Below, piece by piece: positions 39,620-54,131 of a DNA stretch of 64,000 bases. This DNA comes from Proteromonas lacertae (Eukaryota). The translations under genes were made by a program, and so were the position numbers. Location of the stretch: NCBI GenBank assembly GCA_002245135.1, contig NGBS01000583.1:310001-374000 (forward strand). The letters run 5' to 3'. The notes beneath the pieces are model-generated. The model was not told the DNA's origin, did no database searches, and saw only the letters and a program-made list of their open reading frames with translations. Numbering within the stretch: position 1 is the stretch's first letter; each line of letters begins with the position of its first letter.

Positions 39620-42600
39620 ATGTTTAATTCGAACTATTTATTAGTATTTATATTATGGATGTGCTATATTGGCCGGTCATTACAAAATGATATAACTATA
39701 TTTTACTCTAGTGATTATTCAATTACTTGTCCTTCAGACGCTGATATAAGTTTTACTTGTGAACAAGTTGATTCGGATTTACTGTCAAAGGTTAAAGGTT
39801 TATCTACTACTCCACCCATCATATTAGTGTTGCTTTATAGTAATGTAAATAGTGATGTTATTTCTGAGATAAGTGGTAATAGTGTAGTTTATTTTTCGTT
39901 TATTTTCGTGCCACAACAAACTGTTGTAGATAATCGTTTAACCCTTTCAGTTCCTTGTGTTACAGATGATATTATTTATTGTATATTTATATATGTTAAA
40001 TTTATATAGCTATTGATTATTTCCTATTACAGGAAAAGTACAAATTTGTTTTATTCGAAACTGGACTTGATCAATCAGTTCAAGATTCAGTTAAATCATA
40101 TTGTGATGCACTTAGTGTTAAAATAACCATATTAGATAATATAGGTAGTATTAATTGTGTAGATTGTGTTGTAATATTTTACAAATATGATGGTAGTGTC
40201 AGTATACCATCAGCTCCTACTTATTCAGTGGTATTTATTAATCAACCATCATTACCACCTTCATTTCCTTATTATTACTTATCATTAACAAATAAGTCAA
40301 AGAATCAATATGATGTAATTATGTATAATATTATACATATAATTATTAATTAATATGATAATAGAGAAGATTTTATAAAAGAGTGGAAAAAATCATTGAC
40401 AGATGGAAGTAGTGTGTTGGTGGGTAAATACTTTACTCCTTTACAATTATTCAATAGTACTGTGATTAATTTCATAAATAAGAAAGTAATTTATGATAAA
40501 TACATTATGAAATATGAATCTACATCATCATCTACAGTAGTTGAAGCATCTCACACTAGTTACTATAATCCAGTGAGAGTGTATATAAATCAATACACGA
40601 AATATGAACTAAACAATTATTATGTTGGGTTTATATGTGAATCAACATATAATAAGAAAGAATATTTATCATATCTTGTTACATTAAAGTATTTTAATTA
40701 TCGTTCGAATAATGAAAAGAGAGTTTCTAAATTGAGGTTATTGTTCAGGAAATATAGTAATATTGATGAATTAAAGACAATATTTGAGTCAAATCAAATT
40801 GGTTCATTTATTATATTTGATGATTATAACAGAATCACTGAAATAGCTAAAAGTATATTATATATATTTTTTGTATTAGAATATCCAAAATTATTTTTCA
40901 TAACAGATTCAGAAGCATTGCCAAAAGAAGAATGCAATTCAAATGTTTATCATTCTTCAGTATTAAGATTTCATGATTTCATTTATTCAAATGAGGATCC
41001 ACTTCATCCTCCTGATGTTGTTATTTATAATGAATATGATATGTATATTAAAATATACTTATTAAATACTTATAGAGATAATATTAAAATATATCAAATG
41101 GTATGTGGCACAATGTTTTGTAAGTCACAATTTATTACATATGAACAAGCGATGAAAGATACAACTGGTAGTTTTAATGTTACAGATAATGGTAAATTGC
41201 TATTATTATTAAATAATGAAGATCAAATAATCAAATTTCATGATAAATTAGGAGGTAATCCAAAGGATATTGAAGTTTACCATACAAGAGTAGTTAGAAG
41301 TAAAAAAGAATATGTATGCTATAGTTATAGTTTTTATTTTATTAGTTGAAAGGCCATATTGCTATTGTACCATTTATTGTTTATGGTTATCATGATTATT
41401 TTAAAGATATAACAGGAGATAGTCAAGCAGAGTATTATTATGGTAGAGAATATACAATATTAAGAATAGTGAAGAATATATATGAAGTATATATATATAT
41501 ATATATATTAATGCTATTATTTTTATAATAGAATTTTCTTACAACAAATGAAACAAGTTATGAATCAATAAGAGAGTATATATACATATATATTATGTTT
41601 TAGAAAGTTAATATCTCAAATGTACTGTAAACCAAATTATTGTTTATTTCCTCTAATTCATTTTACTGTATGTTTAATAGTATGTAATACATTGTTTAGA
41701 TTGATAAAACTACATCTAATATAGTACAAGGAGATAAAGTTCCAGTGTATTCTTCTTCTGGTTGGTTGGATTGTTACTGTTATGATGATAATAATTATGT
41801 CACACTTGGAATAATGTATGAGAATAAAGAATATTATAAACATAAAATACTTCCCAGTTTAAGTAGTATTACTGTTGAAAATACTTTATTATTACCAATT
41901 ATTAATGTAAAATTTTCAACAACAGAAATAAATGAAACAATGAATGTGATGTATGAGAAATTTGATGTAAGAATATTTCTTGTTTCAGTAGAATATCTTT
42001 TTTCTTTTTTATAAAATATTTTTAAATGATTATATTTTCTTTAATAAAATATACAGATATTGTTAGTTATTATGAAGAATCTTTCAAAAGTTGGTTGAAC
42101 AATAAGGATGTCATTTTTATTGATATAAAAACTACGAATGTGAAGGATTGTGATTATACTAATTTGCTTTATTATTCAATTCCATCTATGTTATTATCGT
42201 ATTATAATCCATTAATGTTTTATAATTACACTTTATATTTGATATATGATGAGTATTTTTATCATTATTATTATATTTTATAGTATATCTAATGCTGTTT
42301 ACAAGCAATATATTGAAGAAATAAAACAGTTAGGTTTATCATATACAGGAATAGAATATAAAACTTTATCTACAAGTATACTAGGTGATGCAGCAAAAAC
42401 AAGGTATTTTTACATTTTAAATGATAATAAATTGTCTGATTTTTACGAATTTGTATCAACTCATCCAACTTATATTTTTATATCATGTAAAAATGAATTT
42501 CCTGTTACCTCAATGAAATTGCCAAATCTTCTTATTCCACAACTTATTCCTGATATATTTATATCAGATAGACAGATTGAGTTGTTAATATATTACAATT

Positions 42601-45600
42601 CACCAGTGGATGTTACATTGAAACTATATTCTGCTATGAAGAATTATTTATATGGTAGAAAGTTATATGGTAATAAAATTGAAAGGATATATGAATATAT
42701 GAAATTTTCCTTGTTAGAAAGTTATTATTGTATATATATATATATATATAAATATAATTGTATTTTAGTCTACCAATTTACTTATGTTAATAATTTTGTT
42801 ACAGATTATACTCTTTCAAGAGTATCATCATTAGGAATTGCCTTTGAGAAGATCGAGAATAAAGATTTGGCTTGTAGCTATTATAATTCAAATTATGGTG
42901 AAATGAATATTGGAATTATATATTACATATTCGATCAAAATGATGACTTAGATGCTATTAATTATATGTTGAGTATTTTGTATGATATCAATATAAATAT
43001 TCCAGTTAATTTGTTTTTTGTATAAATAATTATGTTATATATTTTTTTTATTAATAGAAACTACAACCAGTGAAATGTGCAAATTCTGCATGTGTATCTG
43101 ATCTATTAGGAAGTGATGATAGTACTTCAAATTTTTACATTCTTTCTTTATCATTTTCTTATACCAGATCCAATAGTTATTTGTTTAAGGTGAAGAATTT
43201 AAATGAACCATCATGCACCAATAATATGTATTTATTTGTTCTATATAATGTATAGAATTGATTTTTCTCCATCAAGTGCACATACATTTGATTATATATT
43301 TAAGAACGCTATAAAGACACATGCTAATTATATCATATTCTATTCTACAGATTCATATATGGATACTATTAAGGCATTGATAAAGAAGTACAAATATGAA
43401 CCTATAAATTATATTGAAGTTACTGGTAAACATTACTCTGTAATATTGAATTTTGCATTAGTAAACTTACCAAAAGGTGGATACATTTTGGATTATAGCA
43501 ATATTGAAGATATGAAGAAGTATATTGAACAAATTGAATCGTTAGTTACAAAATATAGTGATTATAAACACCTTATAATGAATTATACATCTAATCTTGA
43601 TATAGAGTTTAAGTCTCAACATCAATATTCATATTATATTAGTCCATTTCATGTGAAAGATAAAATACTTAGGCATACAAAGAGAATATCATCTTTACTA
43701 TCAATTGCTGCAATAGATGCTATATATGAATGCTTAAAAATGTTTGTTTTTGATAATAAAAGAGTTTATAATCACCTTATTAATAACAATGTTAATACTG
43801 ATATTGGTATTATAAAAATCAATACAATAAATCATATTGAATTAGGAGTATCAATCAGTTTAGGAGATAAGATAATTATTGATATAACTGAACCACTATC
43901 AAATGCTAGGTTTTATTATATGTTTGATGAATATGATTATGGAGGTTTATTTAATGTAAAAGTTATTGAAATTGGTTTTATACATAATATATATGGTGAT
44001 GAAGTTGATCGGGAATTTATACATTTAGATTTTGAAACTTCAATTATTTCTAGATTGAATCATGATTATAAGTCAGAGTTAGTGATAAAACCGAAGATAT
44101 TTTTAATTCATAGTATTTCTGAATTAGAATTTAAAGCAAACGATCCACTGTATTATCTTGCTGGAAAATATCTTTTTATTTATTAGTATATATATCAAAT
44201 CTAAATTGTTTCTTTAACTTATGTTTTTTTTTACTACTGCTATTAGTGAGTTAGAAACTGTGTTTAATGAGAAGAGCAATAGAGTATTATATTTTACAGG
44301 CCAATATGTTGAAGATGAATGCTCATCAAATATACTATTTGCTGGAGGTAATTATGTTTCAATTGTATTTTATCTTATTTATTTGTTTCTGTTCTAATAG
44401 ATCAGTAGTATTACAGATTTTCTTAGATCATTTCAGGATGGTTCAATTAAAATATATTTTTCATCAAATCAACCCTCTCTAAGAGAGTATGCACATTTAG
44501 TATATAATACATTCCACAACTACAACTATGATGTTTCTATATCATCTTATTCAGTTGATATGAATGATGTTTCATCTGCTGCAAACATGTTTTGTTATCG
44601 TGTTGTTTCGTCAAGTGATGAATTGGTGTTTATCAGTTTTCTTATAGCTGAAGAACAAAAACATTTCTTTGAAGAATTATCAACTACGTCATGTAATCTC
44701 TTTACTGTTTTATCAGTAACTCCAAGCTATGAAAAACTATATGATTTTAAGGTAGTTCCTAATACATATTTCATTGGTAGATCATCTCCAGATGAACAGA
44801 CATATAATGATATATATTTAACTATAGAGTTTGTTTTGTATTTATTACACAATATTACTTATAAATTAACACCAGAAGAAATGAAATTAATGACAAGTCA
44901 AAACTTTATTGAAATGAATTATCTTAAACATATTGTTATAAATGATGATGAATGGTATTTTGAAAATAATAATAATGTTCATTTACCAATTAGTTATTAT
45001 TATTATGATGGAAAGAATTATTCTTTATACAATAAACCACTTATTAGTTTCACACCATATAATAATTCAAGCCCTTATGTTTGTTTACCATTTGGTGGAG
45101 AAAAATTTGAAGATAATTCTATTGATATTCCAGTGTTTTTCAATTTATCAGGTGATAATGTAATAAGAGAAAGATTGATTTTAGATGCAATTTCAACAGG
45201 TTTTGATTATCTTAATAAAGTTCAAAATGGAATAGCCAAACGAAGAGTGAGACATAAGTTGTATGACATTTCAAAACTTAATGAATATTATGAAAATCAT
45301 AAGAATGAACAAATTGTGTTGTTTGGTGGTGATACATATGACGATTTTAATACTATTTATAGGTTAATGGAAGGTAAAAATAATATTTTGTATTTAGAAA
45401 CATCTGATATGGTTGGTAGAAGTTGTTATAATAACGTTATCTTTACAGGATTAAGATTACCAGTTTATATTGAATCTTTAATGTCAGAATTTATATATAG
45501 AAAATATACTTCCGTAGTAGCTTATATTGATGAATCAACATATCCAGTTTCTGATTTTAATAATATTATGGAAAAAGCTTATGCTAATGTTGTGAATATA

Positions 45601-48600
45601 ATGTTTATTAAAGAGGTTAAAAGTACGGAAGATATAGATGAAGCAATAGAAAATGATTTAGATAGAATATCCTATTCAGTAGATGATCCAGATAGAGTAT
45701 TGATTTTATTGGCATTAAATCCAATTTATATTAAAAGATTTATTATGTCGTTTAGTAACTATTATTACAGAATAGCTATCCTGAGATCTAGTATAAATGA
45801 ACTTTCATTGATTATGGATACTAGTTATTTAAAAGACGTTATTTTTATATCAAATAATATAAATAACCAAGATAGTTTTTATGATAAACAGATAAGAAAG
45901 TATAAAGTGAATGGATTATATTCTAATCAATTTGTTTCTACAATAGAAGCAATTGGAGTGTTGTATTTATCAATCAATCAATGTAAAGGAAAAATTGATA
46001 TTGAATGTATGAAAGAACAGATTCCTGGAATGAAAATTGGATCTCCAGAAGGAATAATTGTTGGAACAAGTTCATTTTATTTTGAAAAACATTTGTCAAT
46101 TGTTTCAATGAAAGATGATGGTTTTGATGTTTTAGTTGATAGTAGTGAATTATCAAGACCATTTATTTATTCATTCGATTTGAAGGATTATTCATTATCT
46201 AGATGTCAAAATGAAGTTATTAAAGGTAAGAGGAAAGAATTTAATGTACTTATTTTATTAGATATATCAGGAACAAATTCATTGGGTCAATTGGAGTTAT
46301 ATCGAACTTACATTATTGCATTTGATAGAATTAATAAGGAGAAGAATGAAAATGACTTTTACTATTACTACAAGTTTTTCAATTCTGAATCAAATGCAAT
46401 TTTGTGTAAAGATAATGTTCAATCTATACTGCAACAACATCATTTTGATGTAATATTCTTTTCTTCATCTTCATCATGTAGAAAACAGTTGAATACAGTT
46501 GAAGAAGCTAAAACCATACCAATATTTGTAGTAACGAATAACGATGGAGAAGAGTGTAAAGAGAATGTATTTTATGGAGGATATACGCCTTATGTAGCTG
46601 TTTCAATTCTATCTTCGTATATTGTGACAGAATATCAGAATTATGAAGCTGTTATGATTATTGAAGGAATAAACAATTGGAATTTGATAAGTGAATTGAT
46701 GAAAAGAACAATTCCTTCATATATTATTCATCTTTCTGCAGCAATTAATGTTCCTAATGTCACAGTTAGTCAAGCATTTACAATTGCAGAAGAACAATTC
46801 AATAAACATCCACATAAGAATAGTTTAGTTATATTTTTAGCAAGTGAATATTATATTAATGAATATGCGAAAGTTGCAAGTGCAGATCCTAATTATAGTG
46901 AAAGTAGAACTGATACAGAAAAAGTGTTATTTTGTTTATGGTGTCAAGTGTTGAAACTATATTCTTTCCCTTTTACTCATGTTGATTATGTGGCAGAATT
47001 TGAATATCCAGAAGATGTAACTGATGATATAAGAGACTATTTCAAATCAATAGTACAATATAGTGATAATTATTTAAGTGACAAATCATTCTTTGCATTT
47101 GGTATTTTATATTATTGGTCTGATATTGTTTCTAAACTTGGTAATAGTCAATTATCTTCAATTCAGAAGGTTATATACAATGAAGATTATAATTTTCATG
47201 GGTTTAGAATCAGATTTGGATCAAATAATCGTCAAATAAAAGCAGTTTCATTAATTAGGTCATTTTCTGGATTAAGAATAAGAGTAGTAAAACATTCTTT
47301 TCAGAAAATAGTACTTCCATATCTAAAAGAGTATTATTATAATTCTAAATACTATCAATGTGATTGGGTTAGTAAAAAAAGTGAACATTTCTTAGTAGAT
47401 TCAAAACATATTGGTTTATTCTGTTCATATGGTGATTATTATACAAAAGCAATTGTTAGTTCATGTGAATTGCTGTTAGTATATATTAACTATGTTAATA
47501 ATAGAGAAGGAGGTATTCTAGGTAGATGGATTATTCCTGTGTATTTGTCATATGGATCAGTTGATTTAGACGCATTTGATATGACAATTAAAAGTCACAG
47601 TATTGATATTATTATTGGAACGTATGCTCCTTCTGGTAAAATAAATGCAGATGAATATTTGAGAGAGAATAAGATACTATTTATACAAACAGGTCATAAT
47701 TATGGAGATAGTTGTTCACCATATAAATTTCATACTGGTCCAACATTATCACAATATATGAGTCCATTAATGTTATTGTTAAGTCAGAAAGATTATCATA
47801 TTGTCGTTGTTGGAAATGATGAATATTATCATCAGTTAATAACAAATTTCTTTAAAAACACACTAATGTCTGTAGGAATGGAATTATCTGGAGATTTAAT
47901 ATATGATATTAATAATCAATATATTAATGGATCAATAAATGAATTAATGAAGAAATGCGTTAAACCATGTGCAATTGTGAGTCACTTGTTAGGTGATTAT
48001 AATGATTTGCTTTTTGATTATTTATATCGTAATAATTTCACTACTAAATTCGGATATCAACCTTTTTCTATTGGATTAACTGAAACGATTTACAAGAGCA
48101 ATAGAGATATATACAATGGAACAATTATTATACAATCATTTTTTGAATTGATTCAATCAGAATTTATAGATTTTTCTACTATTCTTTCACAGATTGAAAA
48201 TGAAGCAGATTATATTGATACTATGGTTCCTACTTATTTTACATACCAGTTAATAGGTGGTTTTATAGCATATAAGAAAGCTGTCCAAGAATTATCTGAT
48301 TTTAATACAACTATTCTTACGAGATATATAACTGATGCATTTAGTACAATGAATATTGATGAAACTCATTATGCTTCATTAAAGCTATATGGAATTCAAA
48401 TCTTTAGTGATGATTATGAAAAAGTTGTTTATAATGTTAAATTGTCTGACTCTCCCAAGCCTGGTTATGTAATCAATATAGCAAACAATAAACCACCATT
48501 ACCTACAGTATGTAATGTTAAAGAAAATAATATGACATTTACAAAGCTAATTATAGTAACTGATAATTCATTTACATCTGCAACATCAAATTTGAATAAT

Positions 48601-51045
48601 ATGATAATAATTAATGCCTTATTTGAACAGCTTAAAAGGTCAAGAAATATAACATCATTTGCTTTAAGAGTAATCAATTATTCAAATACTGCTCATTTTA
48701 AGTCACAATTAATAAGTATTCAAGAACATATTAGTGAATATGCTGCAATATTTGGATGTAAAACTATCAGTTGTTATAATGTCATTAATCAGTACTTGGG
48801 AAAAACAGATTTACCATTCTATTATTTAGGTTATTCATTTGAAGAATATGTGAATATTAATTCATATTTTATGGCACCTACTCCATATCAATTAATTGAA
48901 TTTACACTGAATTACATAAAATATTTGAAGAATCAATTGATAATGGACACTCCGACAGTAACAATGATATATGATGTTAATTATCCCAAAATATTAGATT
49001 TATTTAGAGATGAAGCTAAGCATTATAATTATGAACTAGTCAATGAATGTCAAGTTAATCCAGATGATGAATTAACACCACAATTTCTTGATTGTCTAAC
49101 AGCATGGGGTGATACAAACATCTTTCCAATTCATGTGTTATATCTACTACCAAATGGTTATGATGATTTCTATACTCTTCATCTTAATAATCCACAATTT
49201 TCTTCATTATTTAATTATTATTTCTTAACCTATGATGGAGATCAAATATCACCATTACAATTAGCAATATTTGATCATTATTTTATTATCCATTCTCAGA
49301 CTAACAGTTATGAACATGCAAAATCCATTTCTTACTTATATTTATTGCAATCAACATTTGGTACATTATGGAGTAATTCATATTTCAAATCTGGATTTTA
49401 TGCTGCAGTAAATATGTATGGTGAAGTATTGGATAATGCAATGTCATATATAAAAGAGTTTCCATCAGTAGTTGAAGTTCAATCAATGACTCAATTAATG
49501 AAATTCAGTACTATATTTGGAGAATTAGTCCCAACAAAATCGAATTATTTTGTAAGAACCCTTTGTGCTTCACAGGTTGATATAAATTCAAATGATTATG
49601 TGAATGTATATAGACTAAAGAATTATTCAATCCAACCATTTGATGTATTACCAACTGGATTTGATATACCAGTTACTATATTGAAATATCCATCTGCTAC
49701 TCAAGGTTTAGTATATGGTTTTGCAGGAGAGACAACATTTATGATATTGCTATTTATGTATTTGTTATATAAACAAAGAAGAAATCCAATAATGAGAAAA
49801 GATTCAATGAATTTATTGCAAACATCAATGATTACTTTACTATTTGCACCTCTTACTGCTATATTCTTTGTAATAGAACCAAACGAAAAGAATTTCATCT
49901 GTATGCTTAGAATTGCTATGCTTTGTGTCACTTTAATGTTTCAAGTTTCAATTGTGTTTATGAAGGCTTACAGAGTGAAGAAATTATTGTTTAATCCAAC
50001 AAGAGAAAAAGTTGCAATAAGTGATGGTGTTATATTTAGAAATGTGTTTTTAGTAATGACAGTTGAAGTGATATATTTGATATTATGGGGGTTTCTAGAA
50101 CCATCAGAATTGAATTATACAAAAGATGAATCTGAAAGTCCATTAGAAATTCAAAAATATCCGATTTGTAGAACACCTTATTTGATGTTTGGTATTCAAT
50201 GTGCAGGAATTGGATTATACATAATATGGGGTGTATATAACATCTTTAAATTAAGACATGTTGGAAGAGATATTATGAATTCTACTAGTTTAGGATGGTC
50301 TGCATTTGTATTTGCAATTGTTGCCATATTATTTGGACCTTTAGCTTTTATATTAGGAAAAGAGCCAAAGATATTGATAATTGTTCAAGGTTTAGCTATT
50401 ATTGTAACAACACATGTGTTTTTATTCTCATACATCGGTAGTAAGTTGCTATTATTATGGAAACATGATGCAGAACAAGATATATCTGATAGTGAAGATG
50501 AAGGATTAACAACACAAGCTCCATTAAAAGCAGGAGGTGGTAAAGGTAGCTATATTAACACAGGTTTATTCAATACAGGCTTAAGTGCAGTAAATACTAG
50601 AACTAATAATAATAATAAGACAAAAATAGTACCAGAATATACTCAAATGTATGGATATGTTATTTCAAGACCAGGTAGACAGAATGGAAGAGGTTTATCT
50701 CCAGCTATGGTTGGTTCTCCCGTTGTTGGACCTTCTCCAATGATTGATGGAAGATTACCATCTGGTGCAGGAACATCCAATCAACAGTCACCTGCTTTAC
50801 CATCACCTCCTAGTAATGCTGGACTTGGTAAAGGATTAGATACCAATATGTTGATGAAGAAATTGGAAAATTTGCAGTTTTCTCCTGATTCTACAACTGT
50901 AGGAGGTGATTCTATATCATTTGGGCAGATGAAGCCAGCAAGGAGTAGAAATATTCCTGGATCAATAAATGGTACTGTATTAACAGAAACAAGTAGCCAA
51001 GCATCTTATGCATCATTTAACATGGGTGGAGCTAAAAATACTTAA
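39620..51045 (+). CDS. Giant class C GPCR-like receptor (about 3,600 aa) with about 9 tandem UrtA/AmiC-like binding domains
   Basis: About 14 introns join all ORFs in frame. Signal peptide; repeats of about 1.1 kb, most with a CxxN motif; 7TM motifs RRNPIMR, CMLRI, FMKAYRV; Ser/Pro/Gly-rich tail. Confidence 0.82.
41993..42054 (+). other. U12-type AT-AC intron (62 nt)
   Basis: Donor ATATCTTT, branch TTTTCTTTAAT, ends ATAC; phase-2 join GA|A restores the frame. Confidence 0.8.
44168..44234 (+). other. U12-type AT-AC intron (67 nt; the end could be 44237)
   Basis: Donor ATATCTTT, branch TTTCTTTAAC, AC end; phase-2 join restores the frame. Confidence 0.82.
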
Positions 51046-51185
51046 TTATATGTTTGTGTATGTTTTTTACAGAATATTCTTGGGAATTTCTTGAAATGTC
51101 CATAATTTTCGAGAATTTTTTAAATAGGATTTAATTCAATACTTAGTATTCTAGAAATATCTAATTTTTGATAAACTTAAACCTA

Positions 51186-52195
51186 ATGAAATACACATCA
51201 ATTTTTGTTATTGTCTGTTTAATTGGTCTTGGTATAACTTTTCTATTCATCTTGAAATAGCTTTTTCAGCACCAAACTCAGATGATTTATCTCAAGCATA
51301 TAACGCCGCTCAATCAGCAGCACTAGATGAAGGTCTATTGATGCGTCTTAATAAAAAATACCCCAGTGTTGATGGTAGAGCTGTTTTCACTTGTATGCCT
51401 GATAGAGGACTTTACACATTTCCAGATGCTTTATTAGCTACAGGAGCTTTGAAAGAAGTTTTAGATGTATTTATTGTATTTTTATCTTATAATTAGACAA
51501 ACAAATTGTTGGTAGGAGGATTACAATTCAACACAACTGATGGTGATTATTTCCAAGATCCTCCAGTTGGATTTTGGCCAGAATATCTTGATGCAGTTGT
51601 TGCTAAATTAAACGAATTCTATAGACCATTAGGTACTGACGCAAAGATTCAAATAGTAAGAAAATATTACAAATCATCAGATGCTACACTTGATGGATTA
51701 GAAAATGGTGAAGTTTATCTTACTGAACCATATTATGTTCTTGGTGCATTTTACAAGGATCAACCAAGAATAGAATCAACTCGTTTAGCTTGCACTTCTA
51801 TGGGATATGAAAGCAATTTTGTAGTTGCTGATGCTTCAGGCGTTAGTACAACTGCTGAATTATATGACTACATTGAGAAGAAAGCAACCAATAAAAAAGT
51901 AGTTACAATGTCAACTGGTGATTTTTATGCTGCTGAATCTTTATTACCACCAAACACTGACAATTTCGTTGTTTCAAGTTATGATGATGTTATTAAAGCA
52001 GTGAAAGATGGAACAGCAGCAGCTGGACTAACTTCTGGAATTATTACAGGAGATGGAATACACACATTTAAAAGTGGAATTATATCTCCAAGAGGATCAA
52101 TGTTTTTGAAACAGAGTCCTTGTTTGCCAAAAGCTGCATCTACAGCAACAGTCGCTTTAGCATTGCTCATTTTTACTCTATTATTAATATTGTAG
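51186..52195 (+). CDS. Secreted, probably GPI-anchored type-2 (family 3) solute-binding-protein-like protein
   Basis: Signal peptide MKYTSIFVIVCLIGLAFS; LKEVLDTNKLLVG, PVGFWPEYL, DVIKAVKDGTAAAG; hydrophobic C-terminus; two introns. Confidence 0.7.
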
Positions 52196-52252
52196 AATAA
52201 TATGTTTTCTTTTTTTAAATGGGGGAGTTAAGCAAAATATATTAGTGTTAAT

Positions 52253-54131
52253 TTATTTATTTCTAATAATTATATTATTTATATAAACAACTTCATTTCC
52301 ATTACCTTCTGAAGAGTAATCATAAAAATCACCTCTAATCAATACTTTCTCAAGGTTATTTAATAGCAATATCCAGTCTTCTTCTGTAGTAGCTTGACCT
52401 GTTATTTCATTAATCCATAAATCTGTTTCCCACAGTGGAATACTGAAATAAGTCCAATTACCTGTTAATTCTGTAATTTCCGATTTGTAACTGAATCTAA
52501 ATGGCAAAGCTGTTGAATTATTTATTCCTCCTTCCAATATAACGAATCTTTCTGGATTTCTTGGAGAACCATATGCTTTCCCTCTCATCATTTTAAACTG
52601 TAAATATCCTCTATAATAATCTGTTTTATTACCTTCATATTCTTCATTTGCTCTGAAATACCATCTATTTTAAGAATAATCATCAATATATATATAATAA
52701 TATACATATTCTCTTTTAGTGTTGCATTTACTGGTTTAATCTTTTCTATTTCTATATCTGCTTTATATCCAATCTCTAATTCATCATTACTAGAAACATC
52801 AATTACCATATCACTACTTTCATCTTGTATTTGTGCTCTATAGAACAAATATAGATTACTATTCACGTTGGAATAATGATAATTATATTTCATATCATTA
52901 AAAATATCATTCAAAGAAAGAGAAGATTTAAACAATTTAAAATCTTCAATTTGCACCCACAAATTGACCATAAGTATCACAAAATACAAATTCACATTTT
53001 CCATTTTGTCCTGAACCAATAATCAATGAAACTGGTGAATGAAATACATAACTAGAACGATAAGGTCCTCCAGTATACACTTCATGACCATCAATATAGA
53101 ATAATACTTTACCATCTCCACTTCTCCATGATAAACCAATATGATGCCATTCATTGTCAACTATATTAATATCTGTTTTTATACCAACTTTATAATTATC
53201 ATTATTATTATTCTATTACATTAATATTAATGATAATATATATATATACAATAGATTCACCAACTATTATACTGAGGGAATAAGGATTGTAGAGAATAAA
53301 TTCATTTGAAATAACCTCTGAACTTGATATTGATACAATAACAGCATCGTCATTAACATCTTCATCACATTTGATCCACATTGTGATTGATAGTATTCTT
53401 GGATCGATTTCAAAATCAGTTGTTAATATATAACTATCAATATCACTAAATCTAAAATATCCAAAATCTGGTGATTTACTAATCATATAAAATGAAATAA
53501 ATAAAATAAAATACATTACTGGATTTTCTTTAAAATTATCTTCTTTTCCTGTAATTTTATCCCACATAAAGAAACCATGAGAATCAACAAATAGAGATTC
53601 GTCACCATTATTACCATTAACACTCCAACCTTGTGTTTCATTGCTTATTCCATAATATAGTGAAGATGATGTTTCTGTTATAATATCTCCTTGTCCGTAT
53701 GATCTGATTAATAAATTTGCTTTAGAAATTGTTCCAATATCACATTCGAAATTGTCTGATGTAGCAGATATAATAGTGAGGTTGAATACAACATCTTCTC
53801 TACTAAAATCTATAAAATTACCTAATTGCCTGAATTTCGTATATTTCATAATTAGAATTGGGTAAAAATGCTAGTTCATAATCGTTATTAACCTCTAAAA
53901 CAGATCGACTATAACCTTGAATATTGAACATAACTGTTGTGGTAGATAGTATTCCTAAGTATAGATAGTAACAATGAACTTTATACCTCCTTCTCTGGTC
54001 AAAGAAATTCTGATCTTTTCATCTGCTAGTGTTGATAAAAACAAATTGCGATCAAATGATACTGAACCACATCTTAGATCAGCCAAAGAATATGACAATA
54101 AAATACCAAACAGCAGAAGAGATATTGACAT
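52253..54131 (-). CDS. Secreted protein: Calx-beta-like, LamG/pentraxin and laminin-B (domain IV)-like domains
   Basis: Signal peptide; LSITMWIK and DNEWHHIGLSWRSGDGKVLFYIDG (LamG/pentraxin); WYFRA...GNK...LLNNLEKVLIRGDFY (laminin B). One apparent +1 frame break at about 52954. Confidence 0.7.
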
